Assembly (NCBI GenBank): GCA_037444405.1
Contig: JBBIML010000009.1
Location: 64,001 to 128,000 of the forward strand
DNA: 64,000 nt
Direction of reading: 5' to 3'
Source of the DNA: Armatimonadota bacterium
GTDB taxonomy: Bacteria > Armatimonadota > Fimbriimonadia > Fimbriimonadales > GBS-DC
This document shows, piece after piece, positions 38,077 through 47,792 of the stretch. Made by a program: the position numbers and the translations under genes. The first letter of the stretch is position 1; every line of letters begins with the position of its first letter. Under the pieces are notes generated by a model, which saw only the letters and a list, made by a program, of their open reading frames with translations, had not been told where the DNA came from and ran no database searches.

Positions 38077-39606
38077 ATGCAAAGCGAGAGCCGTTTTATC
38101 AGGCTTGGTGGGTGGCTGCTAATGAGCTTCGTCGGCAGCCTGATCGTGGCAAGGGCAGACCTGACCCCTGAATGGATTACGCGCATCGCCTCCAGCTACT
38201 CCGATAGCTTGACCAGCATGTTGGTGGATAGCGCGGGGCAGGTCTATATCGTCGGCTCCACGGGTGCTTCGAGCAATCGGAGCATCCGCGCCGCCGCGAT
38301 TAATCCCGACGGCACGGTTCGCTGGTCGAGCGTGTTGAGCAGCGGGCAGGCGGGTGGCGCAGCGCTCGGTGCTGATGGCGCCCTCTACATCGCGGGCAGT
38401 GCGCCCGGTCAGGGAGGCGCCTCCGACCTGATTCTGCTCAAATGCGACGCCAGCACGGGCAACCTGCTGCAGACCTATCGCTACAGCCGGGGCGCTGGCA
38501 TCGCCGCAAGTGGCGGGGCTGTGGCAGTGGACGCCCAGGGCAATCTCTACATCATGGGCGCCACGACGGGTGATGGCGCCGATGTACTGCTGCTCAAGCT
38601 TGACGCCAGCCTGCAGCTGCAGTGGACGCGACTCTGGGACGGTCCTGCCAGCGTGCCCTACTCGCAGGATAGCGGCGTGCAGATGCTGCTGGATCCAACG
38701 GGCAACCCTGTGCTGCTCATACGGGCAGTGATGGCGGACAACCAGCCGGATTATATGGTCGTCAAATACAGCCCCAGCGGCGCCATCCTCTGGCAGCAGA
38801 ACTGGGGCACGCGCGCGGGCGATACGCCGCTGAAGATGGTGATGGACGCCAGCGGCGACATCTATGTAACGGGATCCACCGCCCGTACGACACTGGTTTA
38901 CGGCACCATCAAACTGCGGGGCAGCGATGGACAACTGCTGTGGGAGCAAATCGATTCGCAGGCGCTTCGCGACATCGGGCGTAGCCTCGCGCTCGACGCG
39001 CAGGGCAATATCTACATCACGGGCAGCGTCGATCCCGAAGGCAACGAGAGCAACTTCAACGACAACTTCTACACCGTGAAGCGCGGGGGCGCGACGGGCA
39101 CGCCGCGCCTTTGGAGCCACCTCTACGGACAAAACTGCGTGAACTGTTTCGATGTGCCAGCCGACATCGCCGTCGACTCCGCCGGGCATGTGTTGGTGGT
39201 CGGGAGAACCAGCTCGCCGCCCTATGTGAACGACATGATTCTGCTCGTGCTGAACGCGCAGACGGGTCAGGAGCAGGATCGCGGCGTGGTGGATAGCGGC
39301 AGTGCCATCTGGGGCGTGGAACCCGGCATCCTGCGGCTGGACAGCCGCGAAAACATCTATGTGGGCGCCGTGTTCAGGAACCTGAACACCGAAGTGCGGG
39401 AGCTGACCGTCATCAAATATCGCTCCCTGACGCGCCCACAGGGCGATGTGAACGGTGATGGCTGTGTGGACGATGCGGACCTGTTAGCCGTGCTGTTCGC
39501 GTTCGGGCAGTCGGGCAGCGGCTTGCCCGAAGATGTGAATGGCGACGGTGTGGTGGACGACGCCGACCTGCTGATTGTGCTGTTCAACTTTGGAAACGGA
39601 TGTTAA
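38077..39606 (+). CDS. secreted beta-propeller (SBBP-like) protein with C-terminal dockerin-like module
   Basis: Signal peptide, repeated 'D..GNIYITG' blades, GDVNGDGCVDDADLL...FGNGC tail. Confidence 0.85.
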   Translation: MQSESRFIRLGGWLLMSFVGSLIVARADLTPEWITRIASSYSDSLTSMLVDSAGQVYIVGSTGASSNRSIRAAAINPDGTVRWSSVLSSGQAGGAALGADGALYIAGSAPGQGGASDLILLKCDASTGNLLQTYRYSRGAGIAASGGAVAVDAQGNLYIMGATTGDGADVLLLKLDASLQLQWTRLWDGPASVPYSQDSGVQMLLDPTGNPVLLIRAVMADNQPDYMVVKYSPSGAILWQQNWGTRAGDTPLKMVMDASGDIYVTGSTARTTLVYGTIKLRGSDGQLLWEQIDSQALRDIGRSLALDAQGNIYITGSVDPEGNESNFNDNFYTVKRGGATGTPRLWSHLYGQNCVNCFDVPADIAVDSAGHVLVVGRTSSPPYVNDMILLVLNAQTGQEQDRGVVDSGSAIWGVEPGILRLDSRENIYVGAVFRNLNTEVRELTVIKYRSLTRPQGDVNGDGCVDDADLLAVLFAFGQSGSGLPEDVNGDGVVDDADLLIVLFNFGNGC

Positions 39607-39623
39607 GAAGGAGGTGCAATTCC

Positions 39624-41315
39624 ATGCGTACTCGCTGGTTTTGGGCATACTGGAAACGCGCGGGCTTCGAACGGTGGTGGAGCCTGATCGCGTATCTGTT
39701 GCTGTGCTGGTCGTCGGGGCTGGCTCAGCCGCTGATTCAGTCGCTTTCCGCCACGAGCCTGCCCCGCAGTGGGCGGCTGCGCATCTTCGGTACGGGGTTC
39801 GGAGCGCCCTCGTCCAGCAGCTTCGTGACGATTGGCGGCGTGCGCTGCTGGACGACGCGCTGGACAAATACCGCCATCACCGCCTATGTGCCCGAATCGC
39901 TCGCGCTGGGCAGCCATCCCGTGCAGGTGGTGACGCCCGCAGGCGCGAGCAATACGGTGCCTCTGCAGGTTACGGCGCGCACACCGCAGGGGCGCGTGCT
40001 GTGGCGCTTTCAGGCGGATGCGGACTATATTTATCACCGTCCCGCTGTGGGACCCGATGGCACGATTGTGGTTCACGACTCGCGCGGCTATGTCTACGCG
40101 CTCAGCCCCGATGGGGGCTTGAAATGGGTTTTCGCCGCAGGCATCCCCTACGGACCGCCCTCCATCGGCAGCGACGGCACGGTCTATGTGGGCACGGGGC
40201 GCACCGTTAAGGCGATCAACGGCGCAACGGGCACACTCCGCTGGCAGTTCACGGACGACACATCGGGCGCGCTCTGGATTATTGCCGGTCCGACGGTGGG
40301 TCCTGACGGGAATATCTACGCGGTGACCAATACCTCCACATCGGGCGGCGGGCGGGGTGTCTTCTCGCTCACGCCCGCAGGGCAACTCCGCTGGAGCGCA
40401 CGCGGCAACCCGAATGTGTTTGACTATGGCTCTCTGGGCGTTGAAATCGTGTTTGGTGCCTCTCAATCGGGACGCCAGTCGGACCAGCTCTATGTGGCGT
40501 TCGATGAGCAGGCGGTGGCGATGCCGTCCCTGTTCGCCTTTCGGATGACAGGCGGGCAACGATGGTCGGTTACCACAGGCGGGCAGAGCCAGAGCGTGTT
40601 CTCGCAACCACAGTGCCAGCCCGCAGTGGGACCCGATGGCACCATCTATCTCACAACCTTTTCGTCGTCAGCCGGTCATCAGTTGCAGGCGGTGAACCCT
40701 TCGAACGGCTCGTTCCGCTGGGTCGCCACCCTCGATCCGGGCAACGATGTATCCGCGCCCGATGTGGGTGTGGACGGCACCATCTATGTGGCGCACGCGC
40801 TGAGCTATTTGAGCGCGTATGCGCCCAACGGCACGCGCCGATGGCGGATTTTCGATGGGGGCGTTTTGAGGTACCCCATCGTCAGCCCGAGCAATCGCGT
40901 GCTGGTGGCGGGACAGCAACCTCAGCTGGGCATGCCAGGCGTGGCGCGCGGGTATAACCCCAGCAACGGGCAGCTGCTCTGGGAGGTGCTGCTGGGCAGC
41001 GAAAACGGCGGCAATCAGGTGCTGTTCTCGCGCCCGCGCTTCTCCCAGGACGGGCGCATCGTCTACTTCGGGACCACTATCCTGGGGCAGAACAGCCAGG
41101 AGCCGTATTGCTATCTGTATGCCGTTTATGCGGACCCTTCCTGGCAGGAAGGCGATGTGAACGGTGATGGCTGTGTGGACGATGCGGACTTGTTAGCCGT
41201 GCTGTTCGCGTTCGGGCAGTCGGGCAGCGGCTTGCCCGAAGATGTGAACGGCGACGGTATGGTGGACGACGCCGACCTGCTGATTGTGCTGTTCAACTTC
41301 GGAGGTGGGTGTTAG
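39624..41315 (+). CDS. secreted IPT/TIG plus PQQ-like beta-propeller protein with dockerin-like tail
   Basis: IFGTGFG IPT motif, P..G.DGTIY blades, dockerin-like C-terminus. Confidence 0.85.
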   Translation: MRTRWFWAYWKRAGFERWWSLIAYLLLCWSSGLAQPLIQSLSATSLPRSGRLRIFGTGFGAPSSSSFVTIGGVRCWTTRWTNTAITAYVPESLALGSHPVQVVTPAGASNTVPLQVTARTPQGRVLWRFQADADYIYHRPAVGPDGTIVVHDSRGYVYALSPDGGLKWVFAAGIPYGPPSIGSDGTVYVGTGRTVKAINGATGTLRWQFTDDTSGALWIIAGPTVGPDGNIYAVTNTSTSGGGRGVFSLTPAGQLRWSARGNPNVFDYGSLGVEIVFGASQSGRQSDQLYVAFDEQAVAMPSLFAFRMTGGQRWSVTTGGQSQSVFSQPQCQPAVGPDGTIYLTTFSSSAGHQLQAVNPSNGSFRWVATLDPGNDVSAPDVGVDGTIYVAHALSYLSAYAPNGTRRWRIFDGGVLRYPIVSPSNRVLVAGQQPQLGMPGVARGYNPSNGQLLWEVLLGSENGGNQVLFSRPRFSQDGRIVYFGTTILGQNSQEPYCYLYAVYADPSWQEGDVNGDGCVDDADLLAVLFAFGQSGSGLPEDVNGDGMVDDADLLIVLFNFGGGC

Positions 41316-43189
41316 GTGAGCGCCTCCAGCACGCGCAGGGCGATCTGGGCGTTGCCTGCGGGCGGCATCAGATAGATGCCCTGCGCGTAGGGCGCCGCGG
41401 CGCGGACGAACGCCTGCGCAATCTCCAGCCCCACCTCCAGCGCGCGCTCTTCGGGCGCCTCCGCCATCCGACGCAGTACCGCTTCAGGAATGCGGATGCC
41501 CGGCACCTCGTTATGCATGAACTCGGCGTGGCGGGCGCTGCGCAGGGGCAGCACGCCCACAAACCACGGCACGCCCAGCCGCTGGCACAGCTCCGCCGTC
41601 GCCTCCACAATCGGCAGCTCGAAAATCGGCTGCGTGTAGACCAGATGCGCCCCCTCGTCCACCTTGCGCTGGAGCCGTTCGCGCTCCAGCGCCAGATCGG
41701 GCGCCAGCGGGTTATAGGCGACGGCAATCGTGAAGTTCGCCCGCATGCCAATCGTGTTGCCCGCCAGATCGATGCCCTCGTTGAACCGCTTCAGAATGCG
41801 CACCAGCCCGATGGCGTCCACATCGAACACGCTGGTGGCGGTCGGATAGTCGCCGATCTGGGCGGGGTCGCCCGTGATTGCCAGCACATTGCGGATGCCC
41901 AGCGCGTGCGCGCCCAGCAGGTCCGACTGAATCGCCAGCAGGTTGCGGTCGCGGCAGGCGAAGTGCATCATCACTTCAATCCCTGCCTGCTCCTGAATGA
42001 GGTGCGAGATTGCCATCACATTCATACGCAGGCGGGCACGCGCCCCGTCTGAGATATCGATCAGATGCACGCCATTCTCTTTGAGCAGGCGGGCGCTCTC
42101 AATCACCTTCTGCACGGTCAGTCCGCGCGGCAGGTCCAATTCCACCGTGATGACGCGCTCTTTGCCCAGCCGTTGCGCGAGCCGGGAGGGGCTGGCGAGC
42201 GGCAGTTCGGCGGGCGGGCGCTCGCGCGGGGCGACGCTGACCGTGACGGCGGCGCGGCGCGGCTTCGCGCTCGCCACTGCACGGGCGACAGCGCAAATGT
42301 GGTCGGGCGTCGTGCCGCAGCAGCCTCCGACAATCTGTGCGCCCGCCTCCACCAGCCGCGCCGCATAGCGCCCGAAATAGTCGGGCTGAATATCGTACAC
42401 CACCTGACCGCGCACCAGCTGGGGCAAGCCGGGCGTCGGCATCGCCGAGAGGGGCAACTCGCTCGCATGCACCATCATGCGGATGATATCCAGCATGCGC
42501 TGGGGACCCACCACGCAGTTGGCGCCTATCGCGTCCACGCTGAGTGTGCTGAGGTGGCGGGCGAACCGTTCGGGCAAGCCCTCCATCAGCGTCTCGCCGT
42601 CCTCAATAAAGCCTTTGGAGGCGATCAGCGGCAGGTCGGGCGCGAGGCGACGCACCGCGCGGATGGCGACCTCCAGCTCGCGCGGGTCGGTGAAGGTCTC
42701 CAGAATGATGCCGTCGACGCCCGCCTCAATGAGCGCCTGCGCCTGCTCGGTGAACGCCTGCTCCGCCTCCTGCAGCCGAATCTCGCCTAACGGCTCCAGC
42801 GGCTTGCCGACGGGTCCGATGGAGCCGAAGATGAGCGCGTCGCTGCCCACCGTGTCGCGTGCCAGCTCCACCGCCCGCTGATTGATGCGGCGCACCAGCT
42901 CGTCAGGCGAGCCGTACTGCTCCAGCAGGCTCTGCGCGGGTGGCAACTCGCTGCCCCGTTCGGGAATGTTCAGCAGGCGGATGCGGTTCGAGGTGTAGGT
43001 GTTGGTCTCGATCAGCCGTGCGCCCGCCTCGTAATAGTCGCGGTGGATCTGCTGAACCAGTTCGGGCTGGGTCAGGTTCGCCAGATCGTAGGGCATCGGG
43101 ACGCCCCGCAGCGCGAGCATCGTGCCCATCGCCCCGTCGGCAACCAGCACCCCCTGTGCCAATCGCTCCGCAAACTCCTGACGCGTCAT
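41312..43189 (-). CDS. bifunctional homocysteine S-methyltransferase / methylenetetrahydrofolate reductase (YitJ-like)
   Basis: DGAMGT, GANC, GGCCGTTP, CRDRN, ITGDP, HNEVPG; true start 43189 (TACAAT box upstream). Confidence 0.92.
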   Translation of the reverse strand: MTRQEFAERLAQGVLVADGAMGTMLALRGVPMPYDLANLTQPELVQQIHRDYYEAGARLIETNTYTSNRIRLLNIPERGSELPPAQSLLEQYGSPDELVRRINQRAVELARDTVGSDALIFGSIGPVGKPLEPLGEIRLQEAEQAFTEQAQALIEAGVDGIILETFTDPRELEVAIRAVRRLAPDLPLIASKGFIEDGETLMEGLPERFARHLSTLSVDAIGANCVVGPQRMLDIIRMMVHASELPLSAMPTPGLPQLVRGQVVYDIQPDYFGRYAARLVEAGAQIVGGCCGTTPDHICAVARAVASAKPRRAAVTVSVAPRERPPAELPLASPSRLAQRLGKERVITVELDLPRGLTVQKVIESARLLKENGVHLIDISDGARARLRMNVMAISHLIQEQAGIEVMMHFACRDRNLLAIQSDLLGAHALGIRNVLAITGDPAQIGDYPTATSVFDVDAIGLVRILKRFNEGIDLAGNTIGMRANFTIAVAYNPLAPDLALERERLQRKVDEGAHLVYTQPIFELPIVEATAELCQRLGVPWFVGVLPLRSARHAEFMHNEVPGIRIPEAVLRRMAEAPEERALEVGLEIAQAFVRAAAPYAQGIYLMPPAGNAQIALRVLEALT

Positions 43190-43299
43190 CTTCAGGGGGA
43201 TTGTACCATAAGCGGGCGTTCCACACCCATGCGCGAGCGGGTCTAATGGCGGCATCCTCAGCGGGACTCGCCCCCGCCGATTGCGTTCAACACCACCTC

Positions 43300-43560
43300 T
43301 CCAATCGCCTCTGCCTGTCAGATTACGGAGTCGCTGCAGGTCTTTCTGGGGTACAGGACCTTTGGCAATTATGAGCAACGCAAACATTTCCAGTCGGTCC
43401 ACGCTTTCAACCTGTTTCGCAATATACTTTCTTAGTCCCTGCGGCGCGTTCTGGAGCGCCAGCTTCGGGTTCGTCGCCCCTCGCAGCTCTTCCAGTAGGT
43501 AGCGGGCGTAGAGCGTCAGCCCTTCGATACGCTGGTGGAGCTGGCGGATAAAGGATATGT
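43300..43560 (-). pseudogene. fragment resembling the helical region downstream of a STAND/NACHT-type ATPase
   Basis: EGLTLYARYLLEEL...PQGLRKY resembles the GxPL / P.GL..Y segment; no Walker motifs, no clear start. Confidence 0.3.
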
Positions 43561-43764
43561 CCCAGTTGCAGCAGCAGGTGGGCATAGGCGTACTCCACGC
43601 GCGTGCCCAGCCCGCCCAGCTCCTCGCGCGTGGAGAAGAACAGGATGGCGCCGCCGCTCTGCAAGCAGGTGTGCTGGGAGAGATTCGCAATACATGGGCG
43701 CCGTTACATAGCCAGGCAGGAGGCTCGCTTCGCAGGGCGAATCGACCCCGTTAGAGGCGTGGCG

Positions 43765-44609
43765 ATGATAACGGCGAGCAAGCAGTACGGGCTGCAACCA
43801 GAGGAGGTTGCCTTCTATCATGAGAACGGCTACCTGCACCTGCCGGGCGTGCTGGCGCCTGAAGAGGCGGCGTATTTGCGCGAGGAGGCGCACGCGTTGA
43901 TTCGGCGGCTGATGACCGCCTGGGACGACGAGCAGGCGGTTCAGGCACGATGGGGCAGCGCACAGCTCATCACCGAGATGCCCATCAGCTTGCTGCACTG
44001 CCATAATGTGCAGTTCCACAGCGCGGCGTTCACCCGCCTGATTTGCGACCCGCGCCTGACCGACCGAATCGCGGATCTGATCGGACCCAATATCCAGCTG
44101 CATCACACCAAGCTCTTTATCAAGCCGCCAGAGCGCGGTGCGCCCTTCCCGCTCCATCAGGACTACCCCTACTTTCCCCACGAGAAACACACAATGCTGG
44201 CGGCGGTGTTCTTCTTCGATGACGCACCGCCTGAAAAGGGCTGCCTGTGCGTGGTGCCCGGCAGCCACCGGCTGGGACCGCTGCCACTGACCCCGAAGGC
44301 GGCTGGCACCTGCCGATTGAGCAGTACCCGCTGGAGATGGCAATCCCCATCCCCGCGCACGCAGGTGATGTGGTGGTGTTCAACTACCTTACCATTCACG
44401 GCTCCGGGGTCAACCGCACGCAGGAGTCACGCACCACCTTGCTGGTTCAGATGCGCGACCCGACTGACCACCCAACGAAGGCGGTTCACCTGTCGCGCGG
44501 GCAGGGCATGATGCTGCGCGGCATCGACCCGCAAGCCGACGCGGGTCCACACACCGATTCAACATCACGCTACCTGAAGCAACTAACGGAGTCCAGACAG
44601 GGAGGCTGA
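43765..44609 (+). pseudogene. phytanoyl-CoA dioxygenase (PhyH) family protein, frameshifted near 44285
   Basis: KPP..G..FPLHQD, GCLCVVPGSH in one frame; AGDVVVFNYLTIHGSGVN..R in the other. Confidence 0.8.
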
Positions 44610-44610
44610 T

Positions 44611-45357
44611 ATGAGACAGAGCAAGCGCAATCCGTATGGCAAATTTCGGATGGGCGTTCAGAGCTATTCGCTGCGTCATTTTGGCTTCGAGCGCGCGCTG
44701 GAGCTGATTCGCGAACTGGGGCTGAACCTGTGCGAGGCGTTCCCGAACCATCTGCCCTACTTTATGCCGCGCGAGCAGTGGGCGACGATGCAGGCGACGG
44801 TCAAACGCTCAGGCGTGCAGGTGGTCGCCTATGGCGTGGTAGGCTTCGGCGCGGATGAGAAGTCCGCCCGCACCATCTTTGAGTTCGCGAAGGTGATGGG
44901 CATCGAGGTGCTGACCGCCGACCCCGAACCCGTTAGTTTCGGCTATCTTGCCCGACTGTGCGACGAGTTCAAAATCCCCATCGCCATCCACAACCATGGA
45001 CCCGGCTCCCGCTACGATAAGATCAAAGATGTGGAGCAGGCGATGGCGGGTCAACCCGACTGGATCGGCGCGTGCATCGACACGGGGCACTTCCTGCGTT
45101 CGGGCGAGGACCCGGTGGAGGCGGTGCGACGCTTCGGCAAGCGCGTGCATGCCGTCCACCTGAAGGATGTCAAGGGGCGCACGACCTTCACGGTGCTGGG
45201 CAGGGGCGATCTGGATACGGTCGGCTTTCTGCGGGCGCTGCAGGCGGCAGGCTTCAGAGGCTGTCTGGCGCTGGAGTACGAAGAGAACCCCGAAGACCCG
45301 ATTGCCGACATGCGCGAATGCCTGCAGGTGGTGCAGCAGGCGGTACGCCGCATGTAG
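44611..45357 (+). CDS. sugar phosphate isomerase/epimerase (xylose-isomerase-like TIM barrel)
   Basis: QSYSLR, IHNHG, DTGHF, HLKD, LEYE. Confidence 0.9.
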   Translation: MRQSKRNPYGKFRMGVQSYSLRHFGFERALELIRELGLNLCEAFPNHLPYFMPREQWATMQATVKRSGVQVVAYGVVGFGADEKSARTIFEFAKVMGIEVLTADPEPVSFGYLARLCDEFKIPIAIHNHGPGSRYDKIKDVEQAMAGQPDWIGACIDTGHFLRSGEDPVEAVRRFGKRVHAVHLKDVKGRTTFTVLGRGDLDTVGFLRALQAAGFRGCLALEYEENPEDPIADMRECLQVVQQAVRRM

Positions 45358-45381
45358 GGGCGAGGCATGCCTCGCCCCTAC
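45354..45381. repeat. GTAG-type REP-like perfect palindrome
   Basis: GTAGGGGCGAGGCATGCCTCGCCCCTAC, 28 nt; contains both convergent stop codons. Confidence 0.8.
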
Positions 45382-46295
45382 TCTCCGCTGAGCGCGTACT
45401 CGAGGCAGGCGCAGCGGGCTGCCAGCCCATAGCGCACCTGCTGTAAAATCAGCGAGCGTGCGCCGTCGGCAACCGCGTCGCTGATCTCCACCCCGCGCCG
45501 AACGGGTCCCGGATGCATCACGACGCAATCGGCTCGGGCGCAGGCGAGGCTACGCTCGTTGATTTGATAGTCGCGGCGGTAGGCGTTCAGGCTGGGCACA
45601 AGCCCCTGCTGCATGCGCTCCAGCTGCAGGCGGAGCGCCATCACCACATCGGTGTTCTGGAGCGCCTCCTGCAGGCGGGTGGTCATGCGGGCATCGGGCA
45701 GGGGCGCATCGGGCAGCAGGGTTGGCGGCGCACAGAGCCACACCTCCGCGCCCGCCTGCGTCAGCAGAATCAGGTTCGAACGCGCCACGCGGCTGTGTGC
45801 AATATCGCCCACGATGGCTATCTTGCGCCCTGCGAGCCAGCGTGTGGCGGGGTCAGGCATGCCGAAGTGAACCCACAGCGTGTAGAGGTCGAGCAGCGCC
45901 TGCGTGGGGTGCTGGTGTGCGCCGTCGCCCGCGTTGAGGACGGGCGCGGTCGCCACTCGCGCAGCAGCGTGCGCCGCACCCGCTTCAGGATGGCGCAACA
46001 CAATCCCCTTCACGCCCTGCGCACAGAGCGTGCGAACGGTATCCGTCAGCGTTTCGCCCTTCTGGATGCTGGCGCCTGCTGCCGTGATGACCAGCGGATG
46101 CAGACCCAGCTGGAGCGCCGCCTGCTCAAAAGCCGCGCGAGTGCGCGTGCTTGGCTCATAGAACAGCAGTGCAAGCACGCCCCGCACCACTTGCGGGTGA
46201 ACCGACTGCCCGTCGTTCAGGCGCCGCTGCCACGCATGCGTGCGCAGCAGCATGTCGGGCATCGGCAGGTCATTCGCCGTGAGAATATGGCGCAC
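45378..46295 (-). CDS. pyrB: aspartate carbamoyltransferase catalytic subunit
   Basis: FYEPSTRTR, KGETL, HPTQALLD, HPGP; GTG start after GAGGAGG. Confidence 0.95.
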   Translation of the reverse strand: MRHILTANDLPMPDMLLRTHAWQRRLNDGQSVHPQVVRGVLALLFYEPSTRTRAAFEQAALQLGLHPLVITAAGASIQKGETLTDTVRTLCAQGVKGIVLRHPEAGAAHAAARVATAPVLNAGDGAHQHPTQALLDLYTLWVHFGMPDPATRWLAGRKIAIVGDIAHSRVARSNLILLTQAGAEVWLCAPPTLLPDAPLPDARMTTRLQEALQNTDVVMALRLQLERMQQGLVPSLNAYRRDYQINERSLACARADCVVMHPGPVRRGVEISDAVADGARSLILQQVRYGLAARCACLEYALSGE

Positions 46296-46562
46296 GGTCG
46301 CCTCCTCGCCTCCAGCCTCTCCAAGGCAGGCTACCCAGCCCTTTGTGAAAGGGTCATCCAATTTTACCCTCCCTGGTTTCAATCCTTCAGAGACGGTCTT
46401 GGACAAGGAACCGGGTAGTACACACGACTGGTCGCCGAGGCGTGTGGAATACCAGCAGCACCATATCTGCTTTCGGCTGCTACAAGGTCTTCTTGAACCC
46501 CTTACTGCTTCAGGAGCGCGTCATTCATCTGGCGCCAGAGGGGGGCGGGTATACTCTCGTTG

Positions 46563-47792
46563 ATGGAGAAAATGGCAACGGTACGCGCGTTTCGAGCGGT
46601 GCGCTATGCTCGATTGATTCCCGAAGTGGTGGCGCCACCCTATGATGTGATCGACGCCGCTCAGCGGGCGGAACTGACCCGCCTCAGCCCGTACAACATC
46701 GTGCATCTGACCCTGCCCGAAGATGGCGAGGCGCGCTATCAGCGGGCACAGAAACTGCTCCAGCACTGGCTGGCGGAAGGCGTGCTGCAAACCGACCCCG
46801 AGCCCGCCCTCTATCGCTACAGCCAGCAATTTATTGACCCGCTGACAGGCGCCTCTCGCACCCGCACGGGCTACTTCGTGCTGCTGCACACGGAACCATA
46901 TGAGCGCGGCGTCGTATTGCCCCACGAACACACCTTTCCGGGCGTCAAAGAGGACCGTTTCCGCCTGCTGGAGGCGACACGCACCCATTTAGAAGCGATT
47001 TTCGGGCTGTATGAGCCGACGCCCGCATTGCAGACGGCGCTGGAAGGCGTCCTCTGGGAGCCGATTGCCTATCTGGAAGGGCACGACCTGCCCGAAGGAT
47101 GCATGCACCGACTGGAGCGACTGACCAATCCCGTGCTGATTGAGCGCATCGAGCGCGCCTTTCAGGAGGTGCGCGTCTGGATTGCCGATGGGCATCACCG
47201 TTATGAGACCGCCCTGCGCTTCGGGGAGCAATATGGCAGCGATGGCTCGCCCGAACGCTTTCTGCCCATCCTGCTGGTGCCCATCGATGACCCCGGTCTG
47301 GTCATCCTGCCGACCCATCGCCTGCTTGCAGGGTTGCCAGCGGGCACGCCTGCCGAGTGGCAGGCTCGCCTTGAACCCGCGTTTGAGGTTCAACCTGTTC
47401 CGCTGGAGGCGCTCCGGGAGCGCGTGCAGGCGTCGGGCGGCACGGCGGTTGGCTTTCTGTGGCGTGAGGGTGCATGGCTTGTTCGCCCGCGAGCGCTGAA
47501 CGCCCCGCCCGATGTGCCCGATGCCCTCGCGCGGCTCGACGCATGGTGGCTGCACGAGCGACTGATGCCTGCGCTGGGTTATGGCTCGGTCGATATCCGC
47601 TACACGCGCTCGGCGGAGGAGGCAATTAACGCGGTGCGCACAGGCACAAGCGCGGCAGCGTTTTTGCTGAACCCGCCCACCATCACCACACTCCAGCAGG
47701 TGGCGCAGGCGGGCGCCCGCATGCCGCATAAATCTACCTACTTCTACCCGAAGGTGCTGTCGGGGCTGGTAATGTGGAGGATCGGACCGTGA
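46563..47792 (+). CDS. DUF1015 family protein
   Basis: APPYDVI, PHEHT, IADGHHRYET, MPHKSTYFYPK. Confidence 0.9.
   Translation: MEKMATVRAFRAVRYARLIPEVVAPPYDVIDAAQRAELTRLSPYNIVHLTLPEDGEARYQRAQKLLQHWLAEGVLQTDPEPALYRYSQQFIDPLTGASRTRTGYFVLLHTEPYERGVVLPHEHTFPGVKEDRFRLLEATRTHLEAIFGLYEPTPALQTALEGVLWEPIAYLEGHDLPEGCMHRLERLTNPVLIERIERAFQEVRVWIADGHHRYETALRFGEQYGSDGSPERFLPILLVPIDDPGLVILPTHRLLAGLPAGTPAEWQARLEPAFEVQPVPLEALRERVQASGGTAVGFLWREGAWLVRPRALNAPPDVPDALARLDAWWLHERLMPALGYGSVDIRYTRSAEEAINAVRTGTSAAAFLLNPPTITTLQQVAQAGARMPHKSTYFYPKVLSGLVMWRIGP

Noticed and set aside
43190..43690. 167-aa N-terminal extension on the YitJ-like protein
   Set aside because: A -10 box precedes ATG 43189; the upstream frame appears to be an unrelated remnant
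46305..46335. PyrR-binding loop upstream of pyrB (minus strand GGAGAGGCU)
   Set aside because: Only a partial match to ARUCCNGNGAGGYU and no terminator/antiterminator evident
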